Of a stretch of 64,000 bases of DNA, positions 1-8,496 are shown piece after piece. Position numbers and translations under genes: made by a program. Under the pieces are notes generated by a model. The model was not told the origin of the DNA and did no database searches. It saw nothing but the letters and a program-made list of their open reading frames with translations. Source of the DNA: a virus (taxonomy: Duplodnaviria; Caudoviricetes); IMG/VR virus record IMGVR_UViG_3300020045_003166, positions 13-64,012 of that record; one strand, written 5' to 3'. How positions within the stretch are numbered: position 1 is the stretch's first letter; each line of letters starts with the position of its first letter.

Positions 1-109
1 GCTTAGGGATAGAGCATACCATTAATTATAGCGTAAAAATAAATTGCCATGGGGGCAAAATAATTGTTGCCTTTTTCGATTCAGTGAACTATAATAGGTT
101 CAGTTGCAC
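1..109. repeat. Direct terminal repeat, copy 1 (identical to 63892-64000); circular overlap
   Basis: Exact 109-nt identity between the two ends of the window. Confidence 0.95.
67..95 (+). promoter_or_regulatory. Sigma70-like early promoter TTGCCT-N17-TATAAT, with TGGGGGCA box just upstream (50-57)
   Basis: Hexamers at 67-72 and 90-95 with 17-nt spacer, upstream of ORF 138. Confidence 0.75.
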
Positions 110-137
110 AAAACCTAACTGATAACTGGAGAATGAA

Positions 138-347
138 ATGAGCAACCCACACAGCCATAAAACAATCGGTAAACAAGTAACTGAGCTTGTGGCAGAGCGT
201 GACCGCTTGAAAGAGTTCAACTTGGAATTACTTGAGGTTTTGAAAGAAATGTTAATTGCCAGCGGAGTATCAGAAACATATACCTTGGCTGACAACGAAA
301 TTCAGAAGAGGGCACACGCTGCTATTACCAAAGCGACCCAAAAATAA
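138..347 (+). CDS. Hypothetical early protein, 69 aa
   Basis: ORF with GGAGA RBS directly downstream of promoter. Confidence 0.75.
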   Translation: MSNPHSHKTIGKQVTELVAERDRLKEFNLELLEVLKEMLIASGVSETYTLADNEIQKRAHAAITKATQK

Positions 348-350
348 ATG

Positions 351-379
351 TTTACTTTCTGCCCCCATTGAACTATACT
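351..379 (+). promoter_or_regulatory. Sigma70-like promoter TTTACT-N17-TATACT with GCCCCCA box in the spacer
   Basis: Hexamers 351-356 and 374-379; same architecture as sites at 3466 and 17948. Confidence 0.75.
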
Positions 380-431
380 TGTTTTCAGCTTCACCGAACC
401 TGATCCGATAACTGATAACCTGGAGATACAA

Positions 432-1430
432 ATGCCCTACTTCTCGACTCGCACCGCAGCCCTTCGCAGCCTGATGGACATCTCGGCCGATGCCGTGAAA
501 CACGCTAAAGACCTTATCACCGAACGCGCTGACGGCAAGTTCTACTTCGACGAAGATGCTGCCGAACAGTTCCTGAACACCCAAGACGACATCACTAACG
601 CACACCTGGAGAACACCATGACCACCGAAATCACCCTCGAAAACTTCAAATCCGCTTCCACCGCCGACCTCGTGGCTTTCTACAATGACCACGCTGAATC
701 GTCCGTCAAGAAGTTCCGTGACCGCGCTACCGCCGAGAAGAAGGTTCAAATGATCCTGGAAGCCGTCGTCGCTGAAGAGCCGGTTGCCAAGCCCGAACCG
801 ATGATTGGTAACATGTCCCTGTCCGACACCGTCGCGTTCGCCAAGTCCGTCGCCGGTAAGAAGGCGAAGATTGCAAAGGCTGAAAAGCCCGTCAAGGCTC
901 CTAAGTCAGATCTTGGCGAAATGATAAAGTCGCTGGTCAAGCCTGAAGTGACCGACGACGTCGCTAAACCTGCTAAAACTCTACTCCCGAACGCTGAAGA
1001 AATCCTGAAGCAGCATGGCTGTCCATACTGCGGCGACACGGCTAACGGTTGCACATACGATGACGCGCCAGGTAAAGAAACCGAATATATGTTCTGTCAT
1101 ATATGCAACACGTCATTTAGCTCGGAAGACGGTCATCTCCGCTCCGCTCGCAAGGCTTCTTCCGGTAACCGTCAGGTGAGCGACACCCAAGCAGAGACGA
1201 TGAAGACCACACTGAAGCTGGACCGTACGATCGTGGCAACCGATGGCGATGAAGAAGCCCTAGTGCTGGGTGAGTGGAAGAACGCCTTCCAAATGTGGAA
1301 AGAACACGCCGACTGGATGACCTCTGCTCAGCAAGACGGCCTGACTGCCAAACTGTACAAGGCCGCTAAGGAAGGCAAACAGATCGCAATCACGATCAAC
1401 GGTCGTGACTTCTACCTCAAGAACGTCTAA
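432..1430 (+). CDS. Hypothetical early protein, 332 aa, Ala/Lys/Pro-rich linker plus CxxC...CxxC zinc finger
   Basis: RBS GGAGA; CPYCG and CHICN motifs. Confidence 0.85.
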   Translation: MPYFSTRTAALRSLMDISADAVKHAKDLITERADGKFYFDEDAAEQFLNTQDDITNAHLENTMTTEITLENFKSASTADLVAFYNDHAESSVKKFRDRATAEKKVQMILEAVVAEEPVAKPEPMIGNMSLSDTVAFAKSVAGKKAKIAKAEKPVKAPKSDLGEMIKSLVKPEVTDDVAKPAKTLLPNAEEILKQHGCPYCGDTANGCTYDDAPGKETEYMFCHICNTSFSSEDGHLRSARKASSGNRQVSDTQAETMKTTLKLDRTIVATDGDEEALVLGEWKNAFQMWKEHADWMTSAQQDGLTAKLYKAAKEGKQIAITINGRDFYLKNV

Positions 1431-1479
1431 CAAACCCGAGGGAGCTTAGGCTCCCATCTCTAATAACAGGAGAAAAATA

Positions 1480-1710
1480 ATGACTAACGTAGAACGACTT
1501 AGGCAATATCTCATTAAAGCTTCCTTTAGCTCAAATAACGACAAGTTTTCGGCTTTGGAATGTCTTAGCGAGATTAAGCAGGAAAAAGAACTGTTGCTTG
1601 AAGCATGCAAATCTGCGGTAGACTCTTTCAACACGCAAGATCATTATAGCGGTGATGTAATGTGCGAGTTAGAGGAAGCCATCGCCAAGGCCACTGGAGA
1701 AACCTCATGA
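1480..1710 (+). CDS. Hypothetical protein, 76 aa
   Basis: AGGAG RBS; stop overlaps next start (ATGA). Confidence 0.7.
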   Translation: MTNVERLRQYLIKASFSSNNDKFSALECLSEIKQEKELLLEACKSAVDSFNTQDHYSGDVMCELEEAIAKATGETS

Positions 1711-2153
1711 ACATCTTCATCCTAGACACCAACCCGGTGCTCGCCGCTCAGATGCAATGTGACAAACACGTCGTCAAGATGGTGTTGGAATCAGCTCAGA
1801 TCCTCAGCACCATAAACGGAGGTCCATACAAACCGACACACAAGAATCATCCGTGTGTGTTGTGGGTTAGCGCTTCCCCTGCCAATTATCAATGGCTATC
1901 GCGTCACGCGATAGCTCTTTGTGTTGAATACACGGTTCGCTATGGTAAGCGTCATAAATGTCAGGACATTATAGTAGACTTAGCTATAAGCGACGCGTAT
2001 GATAATGATGAGAAAGTATCTTTCGTTCAATGTATGCCCGACGAATACAAAGGTGATGATCCAGTGGAGGCTTACCGCCGCTACTACCGAGGAGCCAAGG
2101 CTCACTTTGCAACCTGGACTAACCGTGACAAACCGACCTGGTGGGAGAACTGA
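1707..2153 (+). CDS. Pyrimidine-dimer DNA glycosylase / T4 endonuclease V-like family protein
   Basis: MNIFILD...CDKHVVKMVLESAQILST...HKNHPC...AYRRYY signature; start at ATG 1707. Confidence 0.8.
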   Translation: MNIFILDTNPVLAAQMQCDKHVVKMVLESAQILSTINGGPYKPTHKNHPCVLWVSASPANYQWLSRHAIALCVEYTVRYGKRHKCQDIIVDLAISDAYDNDEKVSFVQCMPDEYKGDDPVEAYRRYYRGAKAHFATWTNRDKPTWWEN

Positions 2154-2154
2154 A

Positions 2155-2367
2155 ATGACTGAACAACAAGGAACTTGCGATCACTGTGGCGAAGAGATGC
2201 CGATCTCTAAGCTCATCAAAAGCGATAATGATTACTACTGCGCTGACTGTCATGTTGATGTCGTAGAGGAAGAGGACGTAGAGTACTGCCCAAGCTGTAA
2301 CGGTTCCGGCGAAGGTCAGTACGAAGGCTGTGTATGTTGGAATTGCAAGGGAAGGGGTGTAGTGTGA
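2155..2367 (+). CDS. Small Cys-rich protein with CxxC pairs and DnaJ-like CxxCxGxG repeats
   Basis: CDHCG, CADC, CPSCNGSG, CWNCKGRG. Confidence 0.7.
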   Translation: MTEQQGTCDHCGEEMPISKLIKSDNDYYCADCHVDVVEEEDVEYCPSCNGSGEGQYEGCVCWNCKGRGVV

Positions 2368-2558
2368 AAAATCCCAACAAACTCAGGCTGATGAACGGCG
2401 TACTCATTTGCAATGACGGATCATCTGTGACGGACTACCTGCGGGAATGGGCTGAAGAGGCTCAGGTCACATCAGATACCCCGCTCAACCTGATTCGGCA
2501 AGATGGTCTTGAGCGTATCCAATCCGATGCCTGGATGTACCGGCACAGCGCGGCGTAG
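2364..2558 (+). CDS. Hypothetical protein (GTG start)
   Basis: GTGA overlap with upstream stop. Confidence 0.55.
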   Translation: MKNPNKLRLMNGVLICNDGSSVTDYLREWAEEAQVTSDTPLNLIRQDGLERIQSDAWMYRHSAA

Positions 2559-2568
2559 GAGAGCATGA

Positions 2569-2772
2569 ATGACTACCTGTGAGTATTGCAAGACGAGCTC
2601 AGAAAGTAAGTCCTCGTGTGTGAATTGCGGAGCGCCTATGCCGAAGAGCGAGACCACCGACTGCGGTCGCGTGAAAGTCACGGCTCGCTACGGCCACGGT
2701 TGGACCGACTGGAATGCTATGCTCCGCGTAGATAGTCATGGAAAAGTAACCTGTTTGGAGAATGAGAAATGA
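2569..2772 (+). CDS. Small zinc-ribbon protein
   Basis: AGGAG RBS; CEYC...CVNCG. Confidence 0.65.
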   Translation: MTTCEYCKTSSESKSSCVNCGAPMPKSETTDCGRVKVTARYGHGWTDWNAMLRVDSHGKVTCLENEK

Positions 2773-2921
2773 TTAGGGTAATCGGTAAGCCTCACATAAG
2801 ACGCTGGTGCGGTATGTGGCTTTGCGCTGGAGCCTATTTTGCTAACTTGGAAATTTACGGATACGGTAAAACTATTCAAGCGGCCTATGACAGTTACCTC
2901 ACATATTGGAGATTAAAATGA
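2769..2921 (+). CDS. Hypothetical protein, 50 aa (below ORF-track cutoff)
   Basis: MIRVIGKPHIRRWCGMW...YWRLK; ATGA overlaps at both ends. Confidence 0.55.
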   Translation: MIRVIGKPHIRRWCGMWLCAGAYFANLEIYGYGKTIQAAYDSYLTYWRLK

Positions 2922-3136
2922 GCAATCCCTCACCCTTCGGCCAACTCCGCTCCAACCCGGCTCCTCGCGACGGAGACGCGGTCACTCTCTCCGATTGCGG
3001 TAAGGCCCTAGACGAAATTGACCGCGAGCTAAAATGGCTCGAGGGTCAAGAGAAAGAAACCCTACGTCGCATGGGAGCCTTGCAAACTCAGGCGAAGATG
3101 ATACGAATGATCGCTCGCCAACTGAGCGGATTTTGA
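2918..3136 (+). CDS. Hypothetical coiled-coil protein
   Basis: GGAGA RBS before ATG 2918. Confidence 0.65.
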   Translation: MSNPSPFGQLRSNPAPRDGDAVTLSDCGKALDEIDRELKWLEGQEKETLRRMGALQTQAKMIRMIARQLSGF

Positions 3137-3171
3137 GCTTTACTTTAGAGAAACAACAATAGGGTGTCGCG

Positions 3172-3456
3172 ATGCTCGAACGCATACTACAAAAGGTAGA
3201 ACGGATACCATTTTCAGGATGTTGGATTTACCTCGGTGAACTGAATCGCAACGGATACGGTACTATCAAAATCAAGGGTAAGCGTAAAATGGTTCACCGT
3301 CTCGTCTACGAAGCTATTATCGGCACGATACCGGAAGGCTTGATATTAGATCACGGATGTCGAGTGCGTTGCTGTTGCAACCCCTCACACTTAGAGCCGG
3401 TGACTGTCAAAGTGAATACGTACCGAGGAGAGGCTGTGTTATTTTCTGCTGAATAA
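3172..3456 (+). CDS. HNH endonuclease (HNH_3-like)
   Basis: SGCWIYLG...GYG...HRLVYE...LDHGCRVRCCCNPSHLEPVT..N motif. Confidence 0.85.
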   Translation: MLERILQKVERIPFSGCWIYLGELNRNGYGTIKIKGKRKMVHRLVYEAIIGTIPEGLILDHGCRVRCCCNPSHLEPVTVKVNTYRGEAVLFSAE

Positions 3457-3465
3457 AAATGACGC

Positions 3466-3502
3466 TTTACTTTTTCTGCCCCCACCACTATAATTGGGGG
3501 CA
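3466..3502 (+). promoter_or_regulatory. Promoter TTTACT-N17-TATAAT with the -10 flanked by inverted repeat TGCCCCCA/TGGGGGCA
   Basis: -35 3466-3471, -10 3489-3494, repeat arms 3477-3484 and 3495-3502. Confidence 0.8.
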
Positions 3503-3535
3503 GTTGTAACCGATAACCCTAACTGGAGAACCAAA

Positions 3536-3751
3536 ATGAGTATTCACCCTGATGTTCTTGAGGCGTTAGAACAAATTGACGCAGCCGTCTTCTCAGGAGA
3601 CACTTTTCAAACCCAAGAGGCGCGTCAGTGGCTACACAGCTATCTCGAGCGCTGGAATCGGTGGGACAAGACCGCGTCCTATTATGCTAAGGACGGAACG
3701 CTGATGAACCCTGAGGGTACCCGTAGTATCTTTGATGACGTAGACGAATAG
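3536..3751 (+). CDS. Hypothetical protein
   Basis: GGAGA RBS before ATG 3536. Confidence 0.7.
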   Translation: MSIHPDVLEALEQIDAAVFSGDTFQTQEARQWLHSYLERWNRWDKTASYYAKDGTLMNPEGTRSIFDDVDE

Positions 3752-3761
3752 GATAACCATC

Positions 3762-4052
3762 ATGACCGCCAAACTGACCCAAAAAGCCATCCGTGAGCTG
3801 ATCGACAATTACCTCCTCGCCGATGTTGAACTCAAGAAGATCGAGAAGTACAAGGAAAAGCTGAAGGCCGAACTCATCGCCCTGGGCGAAGGGGACCACA
3901 TCGGTAACGCTGGCCAGGTGAGCGTCAGTACGACCGAAACCTCTCGTTTGAACAATGATCTCCTGAAGGCGAAGTACGGTGAAGACCTTCTGGATTGCTA
4001 CAAGACTTCGAAGTCCGTAACCGTCCGTGTGAAACTTTTTGATAAGGAATGA
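3762..4052 (+). CDS. Hypothetical phage protein (coiled-coil N-terminus)
   Basis: Clean ORF in operon with overlapping stop/start. Confidence 0.7.
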   Translation: MTAKLTQKAIRELIDNYLLADVELKKIEKYKEKLKAELIALGEGDHIGNAGQVSVSTTETSRLNNDLLKAKYGEDLLDCYKTSKSVTVRVKLFDKE

Positions 4053-4339
4053 TGAAAATGAAAACGCTAACTCAGCGCGAAGCTAAGGAAGGAGGGTTCG
4101 TAATTGATTCATCTTGCTCTCCTAACGTGGCTTATAAAGGTCCTCGCTTCAACCCGACAGAATGGTGTTACGTTAGGTCAGGTGATGAAGAGACCCTGCT
4201 CGAGCGTATTGCCGAACTTGAAGAACAAATCAGGCTAATACGAAGCAAGGTATATTCAGCAACTATTTGCCACCCGCAAGGCGTGCAATATCTTCTTGAA
4301 GAGGCTCTTGCTATCATCGACATCGAGGTAAAGAAATGA
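4049..4339 (+). CDS. Hypothetical protein
   Basis: ATGA overlaps at both ends. Confidence 0.6.
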   Translation: MMKMKTLTQREAKEGGFVIDSSCSPNVAYKGPRFNPTEWCYVRSGDEETLLERIAELEEQIRLIRSKVYSATICHPQGVQYLLEEALAIIDIEVKK

Positions 4340-5436
4340 ACCGCTCAATTTTCCCCAAGTTCTCCCTGAATCGGACCATCCGATGGGAAGACTACCTCAA
4401 CGTCCTCACGCCGTGGGAGAATCATCAAGGTATTTGGTTCAAGCGTGAAGACTATTTTGCGCCCTTGGGCTACGGTGGTCCAAACGGTTCCAAGTGTCGT
4501 CAACTGATTCACTTGATGAGCAGTAGCCTCGAAGGTAAGACTCACGTCCTCTCCGGCGCGAGCGTCAAGTCGCCTCAGCTTTCTATGAGCGCGATTATCG
4601 GAGCGCACTACGGACTGCCGAGCCGTCTTATCGTGGGTGCGACAAAGCCCAAGACGATGTTGTATCACCCCAACCCTCGCATTGCCGCTGGGTTCGGCGC
4701 CAAGTTCGAATTCATCAACGTCGCCTACAACCCGGCTCTTCAGCGTGAAGTAGCGAAGCTGACCAAGCCTTCCAGCCTCGTGGTGAAGTACGGTATTACA
4801 GTGGATCACAACACGTGTGTGCTAGAAGACCTCGTAGACTTTCACTCGGTGGGCGCTAATCAAGTCGCTAACCTACCTGACGAGGTCGAGGTCTTGATAG
4901 TACCTGCAGGGTCTTGCAACTCGCTGGTCAGCGTTTTGGTCGGACTGTACGCGGATTCCAAGAACGTGAAGCTGCTATACACGCTCGGGATTGGCCCTAA
5001 TAAGATGGAATGGGTGCGTGAGCGCTGCCTGAAGATGGGTATCGACCTTGATCACGCTCCGTTCAAGTGGAAGCATCACAGTCTTCATGACACCGGGTTC
5101 TCCACGTATCAGGACAGTATGTCTGAGAGCTTTGACGGGATTGATTTTCATCCGACGTACGAAGGCAAGATGATCCGTTACCTGAAGAGCAAGGGATGGC
5201 TCCCGGAAGACGGTACGGTTGGCTTCTGGATAGTCGGTAGCGAGCCTAACCTCAAGATCATTGAACCGTTTTACACGACCGATCCCGAGAGTATCCTGGC
5301 CGAAGGCGAGACGGTTGATATCTTAGCCAAGGCTGAAGCGATGTACGACGACATGCCGACCCCGAAACCCGCTTGGGACAACCTCGGAGTCACGACGCAG
5401 TCCGTGTGGATTGAGAAAGCAAAGGCGACCGTATGA
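4336..5436 (+). CDS. PLP-dependent enzyme (fold type II), likely decarboxylase acting on amino-acid-modified thymidine in DNA
   Basis: WFKREDY...NGSKCRQ (Schiff-base Lys), VPAGSCNS phosphate loop, HPTYEGK; context of the T-modification cluster. Confidence 0.8.
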   Translation: MNRSIFPKFSLNRTIRWEDYLNVLTPWENHQGIWFKREDYFAPLGYGGPNGSKCRQLIHLMSSSLEGKTHVLSGASVKSPQLSMSAIIGAHYGLPSRLIVGATKPKTMLYHPNPRIAAGFGAKFEFINVAYNPALQREVAKLTKPSSLVVKYGITVDHNTCVLEDLVDFHSVGANQVANLPDEVEVLIVPAGSCNSLVSVLVGLYADSKNVKLLYTLGIGPNKMEWVRERCLKMGIDLDHAPFKWKHHSLHDTGFSTYQDSMSESFDGIDFHPTYEGKMIRYLKSKGWLPEDGTVGFWIVGSEPNLKIIEPFYTTDPESILAEGETVDILAKAEAMYDDMPTPKPAWDNLGVTTQSVWIEKAKATV

Positions 5437-5978
5437 GCTACTTGAATCATGACCAAATCGTCCAGGCTTGCAAAGCGGGTGCGATAGAAAACTGGTCATC
5501 GGAGTGCGTGAATGCAGCCAGCCTAGACTTGCGTTTGGGCGAGACGATCTTCATGGAAGAGCCGGGTCGTACGATTACGCTTTCCTACCGTAACCGCGAT
5601 CCAATGAGGATGCGTGAGTATACTCTCGGTAAAGAAGGTATCATTATCATGCCCGGCGAGTTCTTCCTCGCGCACACGGTTGAGCAGTGTAACTTCCCGG
5701 ACGACCTCGCCGCCTTGTTCCGTATCAAGTCTAGCATGGGTCGCATAGGGCTTGAGCATATGGACGCCGGATGGGTCGATCCCGGTTTTCATGGGGCACT
5801 GACGCTCGAGTTCAAGAACATGACTCAACATCATGCTATCCTCTTGCGTCCTGGCGACAAGATCGGTCAGCTGATCTTCTTCCGAGGCGACAAAGTCAAT
5901 GAAGACCAGAGTTACCGGATGAAGGGTAACTACAACGGCCAGAGTGGTATCATGCAAGCGGGTTACAAGGAGAAGTAG
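5433..5978 (+). CDS. dcd: dCTP deaminase
   Basis: ASLDLRLG, PGEFFLAHT, KSSMGRIG, GWVDPGFHGALTLE, PGDKIGQLIF. Confidence 0.9.
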   Translation: MSYLNHDQIVQACKAGAIENWSSECVNAASLDLRLGETIFMEEPGRTITLSYRNRDPMRMREYTLGKEGIIIMPGEFFLAHTVEQCNFPDDLAALFRIKSSMGRIGLEHMDAGWVDPGFHGALTLEFKNMTQHHAILLRPGDKIGQLIFFRGDKVNEDQSYRMKGNYNGQSGIMQAGYKEK

Positions 5979-6152
5979 ATGAACTCCTGTTATTCATGTA
6001 AAAACTATCACCGCTACAGGGAATCTGAGTCATGGGAACTGGATTACATTTTATGGTACGTATTTGTGTGCGATGCTCGCCCAACTATTGTAAATCTTAA
6101 ACAGTTTCCTTTTACGAATACTAAATGCAAGTCCCACAAGGAGGATAAGTAA
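5979..6152 (+). CDS. Small Cys-containing protein, 57 aa (below cutoff)
   Basis: MNSCYSCKNY...CKSHKEDK; begins immediately after dcd stop. Confidence 0.5.
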   Translation: MNSCYSCKNYHRYRESESWELDYILWYVFVCDARPTIVNLKQFPFTNTKCKSHKEDK

Positions 6153-6325
6153 TGGATGCTGAAGAATTCTACGAGTGCTTCAAAGAAGCTCTTGACGCGC
6201 TTGGACCAGGTTTTAGACGAAAACAAGATGTAAAGGTCAGTATCAAAAATGGGCGATTTTGCATGTCATTCGATGTGACTGAGATTGCTATTTTACTTGA
6301 TACGAAGATAACGGAGGACAAGTGA
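6152..6325 (+). CDS. Hypothetical protein, 57 aa (below cutoff)
   Basis: GGAGGA RBS, TAATG overlap; MDAEEFYECFKEALDALG... Confidence 0.55.
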   Translation: MDAEEFYECFKEALDALGPGFRRKQDVKVSIKNGRFCMSFDVTEIAILLDTKITEDK

Positions 6326-6630
6326 TGGCTATGGAATTACGAGGTTCTCTCAACCTCAGTAAGTACTTCAAACTCAGTTCTAATCAGCCTAAGTTCTACG
6401 GCAAGGCACTGATCAACGGGGTAGAGTATACGCTGAAAGGCTGGGAGAAAGTACGACAGGATACGGGCGAAGTCTGGATCAGCCTACTGTTCGAAGACCC
6501 TGCGGACCAGGAAGAGAAACTGGCGGAAGAGTTCGCCCCAACCCCTAAACGGATGGAGCCGGTACGCCGACCCCGAACCGTTCAACCGAGACATCATCAG
6601 GAGCTTAGCGATGACGACGTGCCTTTCTAA
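6322..6630 (+). CDS. SSB-like small protein with acidic DDDVPF tail
   Basis: Beta-rich N-terminus (PKFYGKALINGVEYTLKGW) and SSB-type C-terminal DDVPF. Confidence 0.6.
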   Translation: MMAMELRGSLNLSKYFKLSSNQPKFYGKALINGVEYTLKGWEKVRQDTGEVWISLLFEDPADQEEKLAEEFAPTPKRMEPVRRPRTVQPRHHQELSDDDVPF

Positions 6631-6919
6631 CGAGACGGAAAACCCCCTCACTTATGTCGATCACGATGGTGCACGACGCGTAGTCCGCGGGTGCAAGCTG
6701 ACAGTGGATCACCTAGATCGCTACTGGATATGGAGCGAGCGGGTAAACCACAACATTGTCTACCGCACCAAGGGGCGCGAGAACGCATTACTTGGCGCGA
6801 TTGACTCGTTACTCTTCACCATCCAGCTACGGGATGAGCGTATTGCTGCGTTACAGCGAGTATACGACCTTGCGCAACGCTTTGCTGCCGAGGCTTTTCC
6901 AGAGGAGGAATCAGAATGA
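6611..6919 (+). CDS. Hypothetical protein within modification cluster
   Basis: ORF overlaps both neighbours; GAGG RBS for the next gene lies in its 3' end. Confidence 0.6.
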   Translation: MTTCLSNETENPLTYVDHDGARRVVRGCKLTVDHLDRYWIWSERVNHNIVYRTKGRENALLGAIDSLLFTIQLRDERIAALQRVYDLAQRFAAEAFPEEESE

Positions 6920-7908
6920 TGGACTACCGCCTGAAAGAGAATCGCCTGGAGTATTTTACCAAGCTCTACGCGATGAACCTGGAATATGGTATCATGCCGG
7001 GTTTGGTCTACCTTTACATGCCCGAGCTGGCTAAGAAGTATTCCTGGGACATGGAACAGCGGCTCTGGTTTGCCTTCTTGAATGGCAATACGCAGAACCC
7101 GATCACCAGTATGCGTATCTTCCGCCGGTTCCCCGAGCCTCCGCAGAACAAGGCTGAGCTTCAAGACCTCGAGGTTTGGTTCAACGCTGAATGGGAGCGC
7201 CTAAGTTTTGACACGGACCGCCGCTACCAGAAAAAGGACTTCCCGGCCGCAGTAATGTCCTACTGCCGAGCACTTCACGCATTTGAAACTCAGGAAAACC
7301 TACTCACCGGGACGTACGAAGAACTGTGGGAGCGCGTGACTACGTGTTTCAAGAGCTTCGGACGGCTAGCGACCTTCTCGTACCTGGAATACGTCAAGAT
7401 CATGGGAGCGGGAGCCGCGTGTACCGACCTGTTGTTTGAAGACAAGTCCGGCAGCAAGTCCCATCGCAACGGTATGCTGTTTTTGCTAGGTCATGATCAC
7501 CTGGTATGGGACAAGCGACAACCTGATGGACATGATGGAGACTACGGTGACCATTTCAAACGAATGTGCGCATGGCTTGACGGACAAGCCGCAAATTACA
7601 TTAGAGATTGCGGAATTCAACACCGCGACCTGGGTAATTTCACCCTGGAAAGTCAGTGTTGCCAGTTCAAGAACGGTTTCTTCCGTCGGCGCTATCCGGG
7701 TGTCTATGCCGACATGGCTTGGGATCGGATTAAGTGGTATGAGGATCGATCACTGTTCGATGTGACCTCCGACTTCCGCCGGATACGCGAAGATCACCTG
7801 CCCGAATGGTTACGCGAAGAGTGCGAGTCGCCGGTAGTAGATCGCAAAGTCAAAGCCTCACGATTCATGGAAACGGGCGTTCCGTTCCGTGCTGAACATT
7901 TCCTTTAG
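6916..7908 (+). CDS. Amino acid:DNA transferase (AADT / aGPT-Pplase2-like)
   Basis: DYRLKENRLEYF, RLWFAFLNGNTQN, FDTDRRYQK, FGRLATFSYLEY, SKSHRNG, RRRYPGVYAD recalled as M6 gp51-type motifs; cluster context. Confidence 0.75.
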   Translation: MMDYRLKENRLEYFTKLYAMNLEYGIMPGLVYLYMPELAKKYSWDMEQRLWFAFLNGNTQNPITSMRIFRRFPEPPQNKAELQDLEVWFNAEWERLSFDTDRRYQKKDFPAAVMSYCRALHAFETQENLLTGTYEELWERVTTCFKSFGRLATFSYLEYVKIMGAGAACTDLLFEDKSGSKSHRNGMLFLLGHDHLVWDKRQPDGHDGDYGDHFKRMCAWLDGQAANYIRDCGIQHRDLGNFTLESQCCQFKNGFFRRRYPGVYADMAWDRIKWYEDRSLFDVTSDFRRIREDHLPEWLREECESPVVDRKVKASRFMETGVPFRAEHFL

Positions 7909-7917
7909 GAGACTCAA

Positions 7918-8496
7918 ATGAGCAAGAAAATCGTATCACTTCGTGGCACCAGCGGTTCCGGCAAGAGTACCGTGGCCTTCAAGATCTTCGAAAAGTACCC
8001 TCGCCAGGAAATCGTCGGAGCCGACGGCAAGATTCAAGGCTACAAGGTGGATGCTCGTCCCGAGGTGAAACATCCTATCTACGTCCTGGGCAAATACACG
8101 ACGGCGTGCGGTGGGTGCGACCAAATACCGACTCAGCAAGAAGCTGCTGACCGTGCCGTACACTATCACCGCGACGGTCACGTACTGATGGAAGGTCTCC
8201 TGGCTTCGGCAGCAGGTCCGGCAGGAGCGGTTACGATGACGATCCAAGCCACGGGAGAGGCCGTTTTCGCCATCCTCGACACACCGGTAGACCTTTGCAT
8301 TGAGCGCGTCAAAGCCCGGCGTCTAGCGCGTGGAGATGAGCGCCCTCTCAATGAGAAAAACACCAGGGATAAGTGGCAACAGACAAGAAGTACGGCGAGC
8401 GCCCTGTTCAAACTCGGTTACGACGTCCGACCCATTGATCACACTCAAGCGTTCCAAGACGTGATGGACATTTTCGTGGGAGCCGAGCGTGATTAA
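7918..8496 (+). CDS. P-loop kinase (5-hmdU DNA kinase or hm-dUMP kinase)
   Basis: Walker A GTSGSGKST; LGKYTTACGGCD; LMEGL; DTPVDLCIERVKARR (NMP-kinase-like lid). Confidence 0.8.
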   Translation: MSKKIVSLRGTSGSGKSTVAFKIFEKYPRQEIVGADGKIQGYKVDARPEVKHPIYVLGKYTTACGGCDQIPTQQEAADRAVHYHRDGHVLMEGLLASAAGPAGAVTMTIQATGEAVFAILDTPVDLCIERVKARRLARGDERPLNEKNTRDKWQQTRSTASALFKLGYDVRPIDHTQAFQDVMDIFVGAERD

